From positions 1 through 37,609 of the forward strand of contig RBNJ01000187.1 in the NCBI GenBank assembly GCA_003990765.1: a stretch of 37,609 nt of DNA, given 5' to 3'. The position numbers were made by a program, and so were the translations under genes. The stretch's first letter is position 1. The number at the start of each line of letters is the position of its first letter. Positions 36,390 to 37,609 of the stretch are shown here, in pieces. A model generated the notes under the pieces. It did no database searches. It was not told where the DNA came from and saw nothing but the letters and a program-made list of their open reading frames with translations. Source of the DNA: Jimgerdemannia flammicorona (taxonomy: Eukaryota).

Positions 36390-37609
36390 TTTTTTTTTTT
36401 TAAGAGAGGAGAGGAGAGAGACTCAATGCTCTGCTCCTTTCTCTGCTACCTTACCAGTCACAAGGTTTGATAGGCAATCTTCCAAGTCCCCTTTTCTCTA
36501 TTATTACCCCCTCTATCTCAGGTTGGTTTGCTGTACCTATAGGGGCATAGTGGGAGGAGGGCAATGGTGATGAGTTGCCCCTTTATTGGTATCAGATTGG
36601 TGCTTCCTCTACTTTTTTGCAGATTCTGGTGCCTTCAGCTGTGTCTGGGGTGTATTCATTTTGGTGCGGCACCTTCTTCCTTTTGCTATCACCAACAAGG
36701 AGTTGTCTTGGTATGTCTTAGGCTACATAGAGAGTCGGCTGACCTTGGGTGTCAAGTACTCAGTATAGGTTACCTGCAGGTCCTCAGTACCTGTGGTGGG
36801 GTCCTCTGACTTTGGCAAGCTTCCCAGTGAGTATGGTTCTGGTGTAGGTGACTGTTTTTTGGGTATTGTCAGGATGGGAGGGGAGATGGCCATCACAGAT
36901 AGGAGGAAGGGTGATAACAGTGAACCAGTAGGGTGCTAGGCTGGGGGTGGTCATCAGGGCTGGGGCAGGTGCTGCTTCAGTGGGGCCTTTTGATTGGTAT
37001 AGTGTGGTTAGGTGGTAGGTATCACTCTCAGCTTCTTTTGATAGTCAGCAGGGTTGGGCCCCAGTCATCAGGGGGGGTCAGGGGGTCCAAGGCTACCCAT
37101 TTCAGATATCTTGGCTGTACTCAACTAGAACCAGGAGCTGATATAGCAATGTGATTGAGGCCTACAGGCTTGAGTAGTGGGGTATTGGGGGTTTCCTTCT
37201 GCCTCACATGTAAGTCCTTTACTCATCTCAACTGGGAGAACCAGGCCCTACCCACTATGTTGTGCTTTGATGCGAGTTTTTCTTTACCTGTTATTCTCTT
37301 TGGGGTGGCAGAGGCTATTCTATTTGGCTCAGATGTGGCCTTGTACATACATTGGGTTCTCAGGTATGCACTTTCAGTTATTGGCATATAGTTGAGTTTC
37401 TCCTGATAGTAGAGAGAGCATAGTGTGCAGAATGAGGTATGGGCCAATATAGGCCCTGCTATGCCTGGCATGGTCGAGCTGCTGGACAATAGCTAGCCTA
37501 AGTTAATAGGGGGGCAGTGCTTGGTAGGTAGTGGGGGAGGGTTTTGGCCTATATAGTCTAGGTTCCCTTCCAATAAAAATTCATGAGACATGAATCGGTT
37601 AAACCAAAA
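36390..37609. other. Unclassified CpG-depleted, strand-skewed sequence, probably a decayed repeat
   Basis: T12 run at 36390-36401 followed by G-rich, CpG-poor DNA; no recognisable domain. Confidence 0.3.

Noticed and set aside
36390..37609. LINE 3' end with poly(A) tail on the minus strand
   Set aside because: The T12 run and strand skew are suggestive, but no RT, RNase H or zinc-finger motif could be read

Overview
This is intron-containing eukaryotic DNA, most likely from an early-diverging fungus (Mucoromycota-like; inferred from the gene and TE types), and is about 85% transposon-derived. One Ty3/Gypsy chromovirus family dominates. It is present as a complete copy C (25659-36327, +, two 2076-bp LTRs, TSD CTTTT), two nested minus-strand copies and an older variant LTR D (~17456-19858). 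Copy A (1-6216) is inserted into copy B (6217-13087), which is itself inserted into an L1/Tx1-type LINE (13088-~17420). The family architecture is unusual: a single gag-CCHC-dUTPase-PR-RT-RH-IN-chromodomain frame, a ~380-codon Met-less in-frame extension beginning inside U5, and a conserved 365-aa acidic ORF with tandem PPxY motifs encoded entirely in the U3 of every LTR. This resembles MMTV (dUTPase between NC and PR plus a U3 ORF), presumably by convergence. A CpG-retaining island holds one 12-exon host gene (20860-24068, -) with a Crinkler/REase-like C-terminus. Its first intron carries four hairpins whose loops are antisense to its own 5' splice site. A hAT-like MITE, a decayed transposase-like frame and strong CpG plus CpA (RIP-like) transition bias in the repeats are also seen. 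All calls were made by eye, without database searches.
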